Assembly: GCA_017654855.1 (NCBI GenBank)
Contig: CM030335.1
Coordinates: 3,906,001-3,929,628 of the forward strand
From: Podospora anserina
Taxonomy: Eukaryota
Reading direction: 5' to 3'
Length of the DNA stretch: 23,628 bases
Shown here: positions 1 to 9,796 of the stretch, one piece after another
How the letters are laid out: the number at the start of each line of letters is the position of its first letter
Position numbering within the stretch: the stretch's first letter is position 1
Notes under the pieces: generated by a model
The model's database searches: none
What the model was told of the DNA's origin: nothing
The model's input: only the letters and a program-made list of their open reading frames with translations
Translations under genes and position numbers: made by a program

Positions 1-228
1 GGTCATAATGGGAGTCAACGAAACCCCTCTGGTTATGCACGACGCGCGGCGTCTATGCAATTTTCAATGGTTCCGTACCCAACAGATTGGGTAATGACGG
101 ACCGACGGTGATCTCATGGCACTTGATATACGACTCTTCAAACGCTTGATTGTCCGTCTAGCCATAACTGTGGATACCTATATTGCTGCAAGGGGTTGCA
201 ATTATCCCCGACCCGCGTTTGCGAGACA

Positions 229-366
229 GGCTAGAAAGCAGCCGGCTATTACCACCAGTCTCAACGATCACGAGTCTGTATGTTTTCTGGGGTAAAGGCA
301 ATTACCAGGATCCACCGAGAATCTGGGGAACTCCGCACATTTGGCATTGATGGTATTCCGGCTAAA
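229..366 (+). promoter_or_regulatory. Candidate XlnR/Xyr1 (GGCTAR) and CreA/Cre1 (SYGGRG) sites upstream of the lactonase
   Basis: GGCTAG 229-234, GGCTAAA 360-366, CTGGGG 287-292 and 323-328. These are short motifs and could be chance matches. Confidence 0.35.
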
Positions 367-498
367 AGGGGAGAGCTTACAATCCAGCCGCCACCACCTA
401 GACGATCGCATCATGGTTGTTTGGGCATCTTTAAAAAGGGACTCTTGTTCTCGTTGTGTGAGCCAAGTTCTTGGTCATACCGCAACCTCATTCTTACC

Positions 499-1717
499 AT
501 GCTTCGCCTCGCATTGTTGGCCGGTATTGGCCTAGCCAAAGGGGCATTGGGTGTCAATCTCATTGCCTCTCACTTCAGCGGCGGCATCTATACCCTTTCT
601 CTGACCACCACAGGTACCAGCGGTACCATCTCGGTGACATCTCAAACCAACGGATGCGGGACTACTCCCGGATGGATTGAGTTGTACTCCGACACTCGAA
701 AACTTTATTGCTTTGACGAATCGTGGACGGGTCGCGGCCAACATGCCGAGTTCAACGTTCAGAACGATGGACGGCTTTCCCTAGCCTCGTCTTTGCAGGT
801 TTCAGGCAATTCTGTGCATGGGATTCTTTACGGCGGTCCCGATGGCAGGAGTTACATTGCCACGGCCGAATAGTACGTTTCCCGCTCAACTCCTCAAAAC
901 CACAATGACCTTTCCTTGACACACCCGCAGTTCTCCCTCAACCATTACCACCTACAAGCTTCCCCTCCAGGGCAGTCGGGTACAACAGACGGAAAAATTC
1001 ACCCTTGCTCGTCGTGGGCCCCATCAAAGACAGGATGTCCCTCATCCCCACGAGGTGCATCTTGATCCTACCGGAAAGTTCATCCTTGTTCCTGACCTGG
1101 GTGCCGATTTGATCCGCGTGTTCCGCATTGACACCAACTCTGGCCGTCTCACTTCATGTGCTTCCCACGCAACCGGTGCCGGTGACGGACCTCGTCACGT
1201 AAAGTTCTGGAAGTCGGAGAGCGGCAAGGAAAAGGTTTTCTCCCTCAACGAGCTTGGCAATTCCGTTTCTGCCTGGGATGTCAACTACACCAACGACTGC
1301 ATCTCGCTCACCAGGACTCACAGCATCTCCACCTACGCCCCCGGCAAGAAAGGTGGCGCCAACACCAAAGCGGCCGAGATTCGTACTTTTGGAAACTTTT
1401 TGTACGCTTCCAACAGAGCTGATCAGACGTTTGGCAACTCTCAGGATTCCATCGCCATTTACACCATCGACCCCACCACTGGTGCCATTGCCTGGCTTGA
1501 GGCGGCCAACAGTTACTCGTACTATCCCCGTACATTTGCCTTCAACAAGAACGGCACCCTCGTCGCCATTGGTGGTCAAACCTCGAGCAACGTGGCTATT
1601 GTGGCAAGAGACACTGCAACTGGTAAGCTTGGAAACTTGGTGGCCAACGTCCAAGTAGGCCAAAAAGGCCGGGCTGGTGAAGAAGATGGTTTGAGTGCTG
1701 TTGTCTGGGCCGAGTAA
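499..1717 (+). CDS. Secreted lactonase-family 7-bladed beta-propeller (6-phosphogluconolactonase / carboxy-muconate cyclase-like, probable extracellular aldonolactonase); exons 499-872 and 931-1717, 386 aa
   Basis: ATG at 499 (accATGc) opens a signal-peptide-like MLRLALLAGIGLAKG. Splicing 873-930 joins the 280..873 and 1055..1717 ORFs in frame (TA+T = Tyr, then SPSTITTYKLP...RQDVPHPHEVHLDPTGKF). Family motifs: HPH, PDLGADLIRVF, GPRH, LNEL, YASNR, YPRTF. Confidence 0.9.
873..930 (+). other. 58-nt spliceosomal intron of the lactonase gene
   Basis: GTACGT donor at 873, candidate branch motifs (aatgac, ccttgac), and ccgcAG acceptor ending at 930. Removal restores a continuous frame. Confidence 0.9.
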
Positions 1718-2458
1718 TATTGAAAAGGGCTATAAAAATAAGCAGAGGCTAAGAAAATAAGCATTCCGGTATTCCCTCTCTGTCGCTCCGCTTCACATTT
1801 AAGATTGAGCATGCAGATCCTCGTAATGAAACGCCAGCTGCAATGAGCATAACCAGGTCGTGTCCTCTTATTTCGCAAAAGCTGGGCTTGCAGAATCCGT
1901 GACCAGATGCAGGATCAAGAGCTTCGTTTTCTTTTCTCTCAAATTACCAACCTGTTCCTTGAGACGAGCTGCCAGAAGCAAAACCGAAGCATTTGCATTG
2001 CTACTGTCAAAGTATGTGAATCCCAAAAACGGTTCACACGCCTTCTATCCCACTGTTCATGACCCAAAGACCGACAGATGATGCACGAAGGCATCAAGAG
2101 CTGAAAACTTGGAAGCAGTCAGAACCGATCGTGGCTGTTGCAAGCCAATGGTCATCTCGATGATTTACATTGACTCCCTGTTTCACTAGAACCTTGCAAC
2201 TGTCCATAGGTTTTATCTAAGTTCAGATATAATACCTAACTCTTGATGCTCAGCACCAATATGTCTACCTACCGCCAAACGCCAAGCCAGATCCAAAGCA
2301 ACCACGCAAAATACATTCGTGTAAAAGCCAACTATTCAAACCAACCTTACCTGGAGGACATACAATCCAGATATACACCCACACTGTCACCGCAAAAATC
2401 CTCCAGTAATATCCTTCGGTCTTCAACCTTCATTGTCAAATTGTGGTAAAGCCCACGT

Positions 2459-3700
2459 CTATTTCTTCCCAGATACCGTGGTCTTCTTCGCTGTCGTAAC
2501 AGGGACAGAAGTCTTGGTCGCCGTAGCAGTCTTGGTCGCAACGGGGGCCGATGTTTTAGTCGCGGCGGGGGCTGAAGTCTTGGTTGCAGTAGAAGTCTTG
2601 ACGGCAGCAGTGGTCTTGGCCGCTGTCGTCGCGGTCGACGTCTTGAGTCCCGTAGTATTAGCCGGAGCTGGGACCTTTTGACCTGGTTTGCTAGCTTGGG
2701 TGTTGAGGCCAGAAGTTGACTTGTCTGCCAAAGCCGGTCGTCCGGTTGCCGGTGTGGGTTTCGCGGTTGCTGTCACGGGCTTCGAGGTCGGAGCTTTAGT
2801 AGAAGCGTTGTTGACAGGTACTGAACCGGTAGTGTTTGAAGGGCTAGTCCTGCCACCTGTCGCACCCCCTCCGGTGCTAGGCCCGGGCCTCCCGGTACCG
2901 CTCTGACCAGTGGCCCCCGTTCCACTTCCACCGGCGGCGCCTGATCCTCCCCCTCCGCCAGCCGGGGGTGTTGGGAGCTGAAGGCCACCACCGCCTTGAC
3001 CAGCGAGCCACTGTGGGTGCGGCTTTACCCAAGCCACATTCAATGTGTTGCAGCATTTCTGGCAGTTCGGATCCTTGGGTCCTCTGCTGCACGGCTCTTG
3101 AATCCCAACGTAATTGTTGGGTCCCTTGCCTGGAATCCGGCCATAGACGAGCATCTTGACCGGAGAGTTTGCTGGTGACTTGGCATAGTAACGTCCGCCA
3201 CGAACGTGTTGTGAGCGGGCCTCTTTCTCGAACCAGCTCTCAAAGACATACCAGACTCCATCTTCGGCATGGAGCTCACGGGGCCCATCTCTTGTCTGTT
3301 TCTTTCCATCCGCCGAGAGCACGACACGTGAAACAGCGTCCCACCAGGCTTGCGCTTTGTACCAGCCTTCGTCAGTCTTGAGATATTCGTTGAACCTGCC
3401 CCTCGGAATCGTGCATTGGAACACCATACCACCTCGTGCAAAGCCCATGTTGACGTAAAGGGTAGCTACGAGAAGGGAGCTGGTCGTTGAGGTATAGGCT
3501 CCCTTGTTCGCATAGTTTCTGTGCAGCCAGTCGAATGCCTCCTTTCCCCAGGCCTCAAGCTGTCTATCTGTTGGCTCCTCGGGTCCGTCAAACTCCCAAT
3601 GTCTGTACCAGACGGCACCTCCCACGTTATTGAGTGGGGGTGCTTGATCTTCCTGGCCCCAGATCTGGAGAGGAGTGTTGAGCGGAACGATGGCTGCCAT
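2459..3700 (-). CDS. Uncharacterised 413-aa protein: N-terminal domain with a zinc-deaminase-like HAE...PC-x8-C signature and a Gly/Thr/Ala/Lys/Pro low-complexity tail
   Basis: Long uninterrupted ORF with a strong start context (ccaccATGG) and a TATATAA about 175 nt upstream. Motifs ELHAEDG (HAE at 3263-3271) and EPCSRGPKDPNCQKCC (about 3050-3097). No signal peptide is apparent. Confidence 0.8.
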   Translation of the reverse strand: MAAIVPLNTPLQIWGQEDQAPPLNNVGGAVWYRHWEFDGPEEPTDRQLEAWGKEAFDWLHRNYANKGAYTSTTSSLLVATLYVNMGFARGGMVFQCTIPRGRFNEYLKTDEGWYKAQAWWDAVSRVVLSADGKKQTRDGPRELHAEDGVWYVFESWFEKEARSQHVRGGRYYAKSPANSPVKMLVYGRIPGKGPNNYVGIQEPCSRGPKDPNCQKCCNTLNVAWVKPHPQWLAGQGGGGLQLPTPPAGGGGGSGAAGGSGTGATGQSGTGRPGPSTGGGATGGRTSPSNTTGSVPVNNASTKAPTSKPVTATAKPTPATGRPALADKSTSGLNTQASKPGQKVPAPANTTGLKTSTATTAAKTTAAVKTSTATKTSAPAATKTSAPVATKTATATKTSVPVTTAKKTTVSGKK

Positions 3701-3873
3701 GGTGGGGGATATGTCCCGAGTATACCAAAGTGTTCGGCGAGGAGATTAGTCCAAAAAAGGGGATAATAATGTAGGTGACTCGACCAGCGAGAATGAACTA
3801 GAGAAAGTATCAAGGCAGTGATGGTTGTCGTGATATGGTTCCAAACATCTTACGGACATGAAGAATAGTGATA

Positions 3874-3880
3874 TTATATA
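3874..3880 (-). promoter_or_regulatory. TATA box of the 2459-3700 gene
   Basis: TATATAA on the minus strand about 175 nt upstream of the ATG at 3700. Confidence 0.45.
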
Positions 3881-4883
3881 CATGGACCTGTCTTCCACTG
3901 GTAGTCCACAGAGCTCAAGAATAGCATAACACTATCATCTCCACACGCCTACTCTGCATCAGGCCCAGCATGTTAGAAGACGGGCCATCTTTCAGACCCG
4001 GTCATTGTGTCTGAGTACCTCTATTGAAACTGCCGCAAGACACCACAATGCTATGCTGCGGCGCTGAAATCGAAAAGAGTACCTGGCCATACGCTCAAAA
4101 TGAAAGGGACAATTCTTCAGTTGCAATATCTGATGTGTCCATACCGAGATATCTCGCATCTCACAAACAGCGGCCACGGCAGATAATATCGGTATGTGCC
4201 GTAATGGTGAATGACGTCCGACGGTTTCTATCGAGAATAATGTCCCAGGAGAGAGTTCAAGTTTTCGCCTGCTGTCTTCTGTTTCCCTGGCTGGCTTACT
4301 GGTCTGGTCGTTGAAGCTCATGGTCTCACATTACCTTACGCCGCAACGACCTGACACATAGGCCACCATGGTTGGCTGGCTAGATTCTCTTTTAGTCAGG
4401 CTGAGGTGGTCAGCTGCCCACTGGCGTGCATGGTTGGCTGTTTCTCTTGACTGCACAGCGACTAAGCGAAGTTGCACTGCCAAACGCTTTCTTCATCTTT
4501 CGCCTCGCTATGCGCACTCATCATGGACTCGCAGAACGTATGTGCTTTCCATCGAAGTAAGGTACCGATGTTCGAATTGCTCAGTATCCCTTTCCTTTTG
4601 ACCCAACGGATTGGAGGCGGCACAGTGCGAAGGGACGGGGCAGTTTAGCGGCGGCCCCCAACGGTCACATGCATGTGGCACAAGCCGCACTCGGTAGCCA
4701 ATAGCTTCAGATCTTAATGGCTTGCGACGCGTTGTTGTCGCCAATTGAGAGACCACCGCGTTTCACCATCGCCACGTCTGTCAGCGGCCACCGGTGTCTC
4801 AATGCTTGGATTCAGCTATTTTCACCTTCGACCTCTCAACAACCGCCAACTCGTCGACCTGTCCAAAGCTCACCACCCTAACT

Positions 4884-6854
4884 ATGCCGCTACCTCCAAT
4901 CCTGCGCCTCTCGCCTGACACCCGCCGCAGAGTTTACCTCTACTTGGGCCTTGCACCATGGAAGCCAGCCGAGAGATACATTTTCAATCTACATAGAGGC
5001 AACGTGTTGATGGATGAATCCGATGACAGCACCAATCCTGTTCAGTTCCACGGACTTCTCCTCTCCTGTCGTGTCATCTACCAAGAAACAGCTGTCCTGC
5101 TGTACTCAGCCAACAGTTTTGTCGCCTACTTGGAGGATGACTGTGACCGTCTGCTGGCCCTGACCACAACTGCAATCTCTTCACTCACTCATCTCAAGAT
5201 TGTTGTCAACCAAAATTCCTGCCACCAGCAATGCACCCAGTGCATCAACTCCCGGATTGAGGATTCTAGTCTTTATTGCTACCACCAACCGACCCCCGAA
5301 CCTTGCGATGAGGATGCTTCACAGGCAGCAGACCAACCACCGAATGGGCGCCTTTTGACCAGCTCAGATACAACAACCGAAAGCCTGTTTGAGAATTGGC
5401 GTTCAGCTATTGAGCATCTCTCTGCGAGTCTTTTGCCTGGTCGCCTCACATTATCCGTGGTTTGCGATGTCGCGCACGATGACCTCAAGGCTGGCAAGCT
5501 TGTTGTCGCCCCAATGGCTTTACTGCCACGACTTGATGACTGCCACATTAGGCTTAGCTGGAGGGCCAATGCAAAGCTTCAACAGCTTGCTCGCGACGCT
5601 GTTGAGCAGGCACGCTGCATTGCATTGCCAAAGTCCACTGCCCCTTCTTCTTCCTCGCCTCTTCTGCGTCTTCCACGTGAGCTGCGGTTGCGTATACTCG
5701 CATACACAGATCTTGTGACCCCAATTAGGGAGGTGTCATGGGATGGGGAAACTTACAAAGCTGATGGGTCTTCAAATTACCATTCGTGGCATCGCGCGGG
5801 CTTTGTCAATGAGACACTCGCTAGATGCCGAAGCGACCATCATTATGGGTGTCAATTCAAAAGCTGCTGGTCTCGAGGCTCAGCTGACCGCTACATTGGT
5901 TGTTTCTGTTCGGTTCGACACGCCGCCGTCTCATCAACATGCCGTTGTTGGTCACCACCGACGCCGCTCTTTCTTGTTTGTCGCAGTCTGTGTTACGAGG
6001 CTCAGCATGTGTTCTTTTCCTCGAATCGTTTCATAGTTCACGATCATGTCTACACTGATACCAACTCGGGAACTCGGATGCAATCTACATGGGGGTTGAG
6101 CACATATCCCCATGCCCGCCTCACAGCCAGCAAGTTCCTTCGAGACAAGGTTCCCGATAACTCTCTTGGATCGATCCGCTTTCTTGAGCTCACTTTCCCG
6201 GCTTACAGCCACGAGGCGTGGCCTGATCCGGATGGGCCGGCAATTAAAGAATGGATCGAGACCATCAAACATGTCAACGACAAACTCAACAAACCTGGCC
6301 TTACACTTCGTATCATCATGGCAGATGCTGCACACAGCGCACAAGAGACACAACGCACCATGACGGATGAGAACGGAGAGGTGGTCAAGCGTGCGTACAC
6401 GAGTCTCATCGATCCGCTAAGATGTTTGGGTCAGGACTGCACAGGCGAGCCCTTGCACAGATTTTACGCCCATCTTCCAGACCCATTGGCGTGGACTGAA
6501 GCGAATGAAGCGTTGCTTGCTGAAGATCCATGTAAATACTTTCATGGGATCAACTTGAAAGAGCAAAAGCTACGTGAGGAGGCAGAGCGGTTAGTCTTGG
6601 GCGATGAGCGCTATGAGAAGCAGTGGGGCTTCGCCGGTGTAGACGTTGGGCACACTGGAGGAGGAGAGGGAAAGGATGACTATCATGACGATGGCAGAAG
6701 CGACAAAGATAACGACTACGCGATTAACGAGGCATCTGGTACGTTGTTGGCCAAGACGTTGGAGGAATGGGACGAGGATGAAAAAGAGCTAAAGGAGCCA
6801 AAGGGAAGCTACTGGTTATTCTTTCACCATCTTCTTCGATCGGGAGCTTTATAG
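4884..6854 (+). CDS. Fungal protein with two F-box-like modules (656 aa)
   Basis: First in-frame ATG is at 4884 (the ORF-track start at 4794 is GTG). Two motif pairs: PPILRLSPDTRRRVYLYL...LLLSCRVIYQETAVLLYSANSF and PLLRLPRELRLRILAYTDL...LFLVCRSLCYEAQHVFFSSNRF, each with a Cys/His-rich stretch. Acidic C-terminus. Confidence 0.75.
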   Translation: MPLPPILRLSPDTRRRVYLYLGLAPWKPAERYIFNLHRGNVLMDESDDSTNPVQFHGLLLSCRVIYQETAVLLYSANSFVAYLEDDCDRLLALTTTAISSLTHLKIVVNQNSCHQQCTQCINSRIEDSSLYCYHQPTPEPCDEDASQAADQPPNGRLLTSSDTTTESLFENWRSAIEHLSASLLPGRLTLSVVCDVAHDDLKAGKLVVAPMALLPRLDDCHIRLSWRANAKLQQLARDAVEQARCIALPKSTAPSSSSPLLRLPRELRLRILAYTDLVTPIREVSWDGETYKADGSSNYHSWHRAGFVNETLARCRSDHHYGCQFKSCWSRGSADRYIGCFCSVRHAAVSSTCRCWSPPTPLFLVCRSLCYEAQHVFFSSNRFIVHDHVYTDTNSGTRMQSTWGLSTYPHARLTASKFLRDKVPDNSLGSIRFLELTFPAYSHEAWPDPDGPAIKEWIETIKHVNDKLNKPGLTLRIIMADAAHSAQETQRTMTDENGEVVKRAYTSLIDPLRCLGQDCTGEPLHRFYAHLPDPLAWTEANEALLAEDPCKYFHGINLKEQKLREEAERLVLGDERYEKQWGFAGVDVGHTGGGEGKDDYHDDGRSDKDNDYAINEASGTLLAKTLEEWDEDEKELKEPKGSYWLFFHHLLRSGAL

Positions 6855-7213
6855 GAAGCTAATAAACAAAAGGGCCTTAACTGAAAGTCTGCAACAAAGG
6901 ATACCGATAGGATTTGGATAAGAGACTACAAAGGTACCGTGGATTTCCAGAATGGAATAGAAGTATAATTACTTTTAGCAGGTCCTTTTAATAGCTTACG
7001 ACTAAGTACAAGCGTAAGTTGCAGATAAAAAAATAAATTGTAAAATAAATAAGAAAAAAAAGGAAAGTTAGATATATTATTTACGATATCTTTTTAGTTT
7101 TCTTAAGCCCTATCAGTAATTCTCCGATGGATTGTAGTACAATCCGTTGAAAAGCGCACCAAAAAAAAAGGCCCCACTTTAGAAACAGGGGGTAGGATCC
7201 GTTAAAGAATTTA

Positions 7214-8157
7214 GTTGTACGATCCGATGAGATTTCTCCCGTCAAAATAAAATTTAAAGATAGTATTAGAATCGCCTGAACGAGCTGTATAGATGGTATA
7301 AGGTGTATTATCGTACGAGCGGTGTGGAATTATAATTAAAAAATATGAAGTTGGGTGTTCGTGTACTAGTAATATATATAGTTATTAAAGTGAGGTTAGG
7401 TAATGGAAAAGTAAGTTATACGATCCGATGGAATTTCTCTTATTAATAAAAAAAGTAAAGATACTATTAAAATTATTTAAATAAGCTATATAAAATAGTA
7501 TAAGGTATATTATTGTACGAGCGGTATGGAATTATAAGTAATAGATATAAAGTTAGGTATAAGTATATTAGTAATGTACGTAGATAGTAAAGTGAGGTTG
7601 GGTAATAAAAAAGTAAATTATATAATCCGATAGGATTTTTCCTATTAATATAAAAAGTAAAAATACTATTAGAATTACCTAAACGAGCTATATAAAATAG
7701 TATAAAATATATTATTATACGAGCGGTATAGAATTATAATTAAAAAATATAAAGTTAGGTATTCTTATATTAGTAATATACGTAATTATTAAAGTAAGGT
7801 TGGGTAATAGAAAAGTAAGTTATACGATTTGATAGGATTTCTCTTATTAATATAAAAAGTAAAGATACTATTAAAATTGCTTAAACGAGTTATATAGAAT
7901 AATATAAAGTATATTATCGTACGAGTAATATAAAAGTATAAATAGTAAATATAAAGTTACGTATAAGTATATTAGTAATATATATAAATAGTAAAGTGAG
8001 GTTAGGTAATAGAAAATTAAGTTATACGATCCGATAGGATTTTTTTTATTAAAATAAAAAGTAAAAGTACTATTAGTATTACCTAAACGAGCTATATAGA
8101 ATAGTATAAAGTATATTATTATACGAGCGGTGTGGAATTATAAATAAAAAATATTAA
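7214..8157. repeat. Tandem array of about 4.7 copies of a ~202-bp unit
   Basis: The anchor TAC/TAT-RATYYGATR recurs at 7218, 7419, 7621, 7823 and 8025. Shared blocks aacgagctatata, tacgagcggtRtggaattata and aaagtgaggttRggtaat. Confidence 0.93.
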
Positions 8158-8188
8158 ATTAATCGACTTTTATTATTATACGACTTAT

Positions 8189-8707
8189 TTAATTATCGGA
8201 ATTATTAATAACTATAGGTTCTTAGCTCTCTTCCGCCGCTCTTTTATTTCCCTTGCTTTTTTCTTTGGCTTTAGTACCGCTTTGTTTAGCGGTATAAAAG
8301 CTATATTTATTACTATAATCCCTTTACTTATAGTTACTATAAGTATTACCCTAGTACCTATTTATCGTACGATAATCCTTAAACGGCCCTCTATTAGGCT
8401 TACTAGTATAGGTAGTATAGGGAGAGGTAGCTACTAAACTACGGCTCTAAATTAAGATTATATTTAGGTAGCTCGGACGAGCTAGTACTTTAGCCCCCTT
8501 TACTTTGCCGGAAACGTATTCGATATCGGCCGATAGTAGAGCCGAAATTACTTATTATATCTCCTATATATTTATTAGTTTAAATATTATTATACGGGAA
8601 AAATATATATTAATATTAATATAAAAGCTTTTTATTAGCTTTTTAATATAAAGCTAGCTAGTGTCAATAACTTCGTACGAGCTACAGGTAATAAGGATAA
8701 AAGTTAT
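8189..8707 (-). pseudogene. RIP-inactivated DUF3716-like six-cysteine protein
   Basis: One minus-strand frame reads ARPSYLNIILI*SRSLVATSPYTTYTSKPNRGPFKDYRTINRY*GNTYSNYK*RDYSNKYS. De-RIPed this gives RPSYLNAILIQSRG..PCxxC..GPFKDC..ACGNCKWRDHGNKCS, matching my recollection of the DUF3716 consensus. RPSY is at 8468-8479 and the stop at 8189-8191. The start is approximate (ATA at 8705-8707). Confidence 0.75.
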
Positions 8708-9037
8708 TTTAAATATTTATTTAAAAGTTAATTGATTTATACGATTAAAAGTTTATTAGAAAAGGGCCTTATTTAAAATTAAACCTATATCTTTAGAAAC
8801 TTTAAGACTATATATACCGCTTAGTTATTATGCTTTAAGATCTTTATATTACTTCTTAAGCGATAATATTTGTAAACGATAAATCTATAAACCCCGTATA
8901 AAAATTATATAATACTTTAATATTCTATTATATAATATTTATATTATTTTATTATACGATATTTATATTATATAATAATACGATAGGCTTACTATATAAC
9001 TATCCGGGAACTAAATATCTATATCTTTTAATTAAAC

Positions 9038-9359
9038 CTTATCGTACGGTACCTAGACGGCTTAATCGGAATAATAAGGCTCTGTTATATAGCTAGGCTG
9101 TCGAGGCATTTGGAAGAAAAGGCCTGCTTTAAAAGAAAAAGTCTGCTTTTATAGCCCTAGACCCCGGCAACCGCACGCCACTGCCTTCCTACCCAGGCAC
9201 GCCCTGACCATTATACGGCACCCAGACGGCTTAATCAGAATAATAAAGCTTTATTATACAGCTAGCCTATCGAGGGATTTAGAAAAAAAGGCCTGCTTTA
9301 GAGGAAAAGGTTTACTTTTGCAAACCCAGACCCCGGCAACCGCACGCTACTACCCTTAT
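9038..9359. repeat. Two tandem ~169-bp direct repeats, the second ending at the Gypsy insertion site
   Basis: cggtacctagacggcttaatcggaataataa...agaccccggcaaccgcacgccactgcc at 9047 versus cggcacccagacggcttaatcagaataataa...agaccccggcaaccgcacgctactacc at 9216. Confidence 0.9.
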
Positions 9360-9743
9360 TGTCACGGCTTAACACTTTAGTGGGGCGCGGGGCGCACCAC
9401 GGGCCAATTATTAGTACAGGAGCGAGGACTAATTAGAGTAGGATTATTGGGATCGAGGATCGATCCAGAAGAGTCAATCCCAAAAGGGACAGTATCGATA
9501 GGATCGATAGTCGAGTTAATCGATCCAGGACAGTGCTAAGCTTAGCACAGGGTCTATATATACGGAGGAACTAGCTAGTGTAAATAGACAGTTCCGTAGT
9601 ATATAATTTAAGCCTGTATTTACGGTATTTAGTATTTATATTAAAATATTTTATTATATATTATTTAGCTACACCGAACTAATTATTAAAAGTTACCTTT
9701 AATTAGTATCCCTTTTAGAGGTTTTATATAGGGGTTCGTTATA
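9360..9743 (+). repeat. 5' LTR (384 bp)
   Basis: tgtcacggcttaacac...ggggttcgttata, colinear with 15771-16154. Confidence 0.95.
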
Positions 9744-9796
9744 CGTTATATACTTACTTTAACTTTATTACAGATAAATTAAAAGTATAAAACGCT

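Noticed and set aside
280-498. N-terminal 73-aa extension of ORF 280..873
   Set aside because: The signal peptide and a good start context begin at ATG 499, and the upstream part looks like promoter/UTR. The 280..873 and 1055..1717 ORFs are two exons of one gene.
1154-6409. Short overlapping or antisense ORFs (for example 1154..1663, 2433..2681, 3992..4321, 4024..4314, 5952..6353)
   Set aside because: They are shadows of real genes or intergenic chance ORFs, often with non-ATG starts and no recognisable motifs.
7124-7160. Helitron 3' hairpin
   Set aside because: No properly placed CTRR terminus, and the helicase motifs are SF2 RecQ-type (DECH, QESGRAGRDG) rather than Rep/PIF1.
9533-9548. 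16-bp palindrome GTGCTAAGCTTAGCAC in the 5' LTR
   Set aside because: The 3' LTR reads GTGCTAGGCTTAATAT, so the perfect symmetry may be partly a RIP by-product. No function can be inferred.
9744-9770. tRNA primer-binding site complementary to the element's own tRNA-like RNAs
   Set aside because: The sequence after the 5' LTR (cgttatatacttac...) lacks TGG and AACCTCG, so there is no support for a self-encoded tRNA primer.
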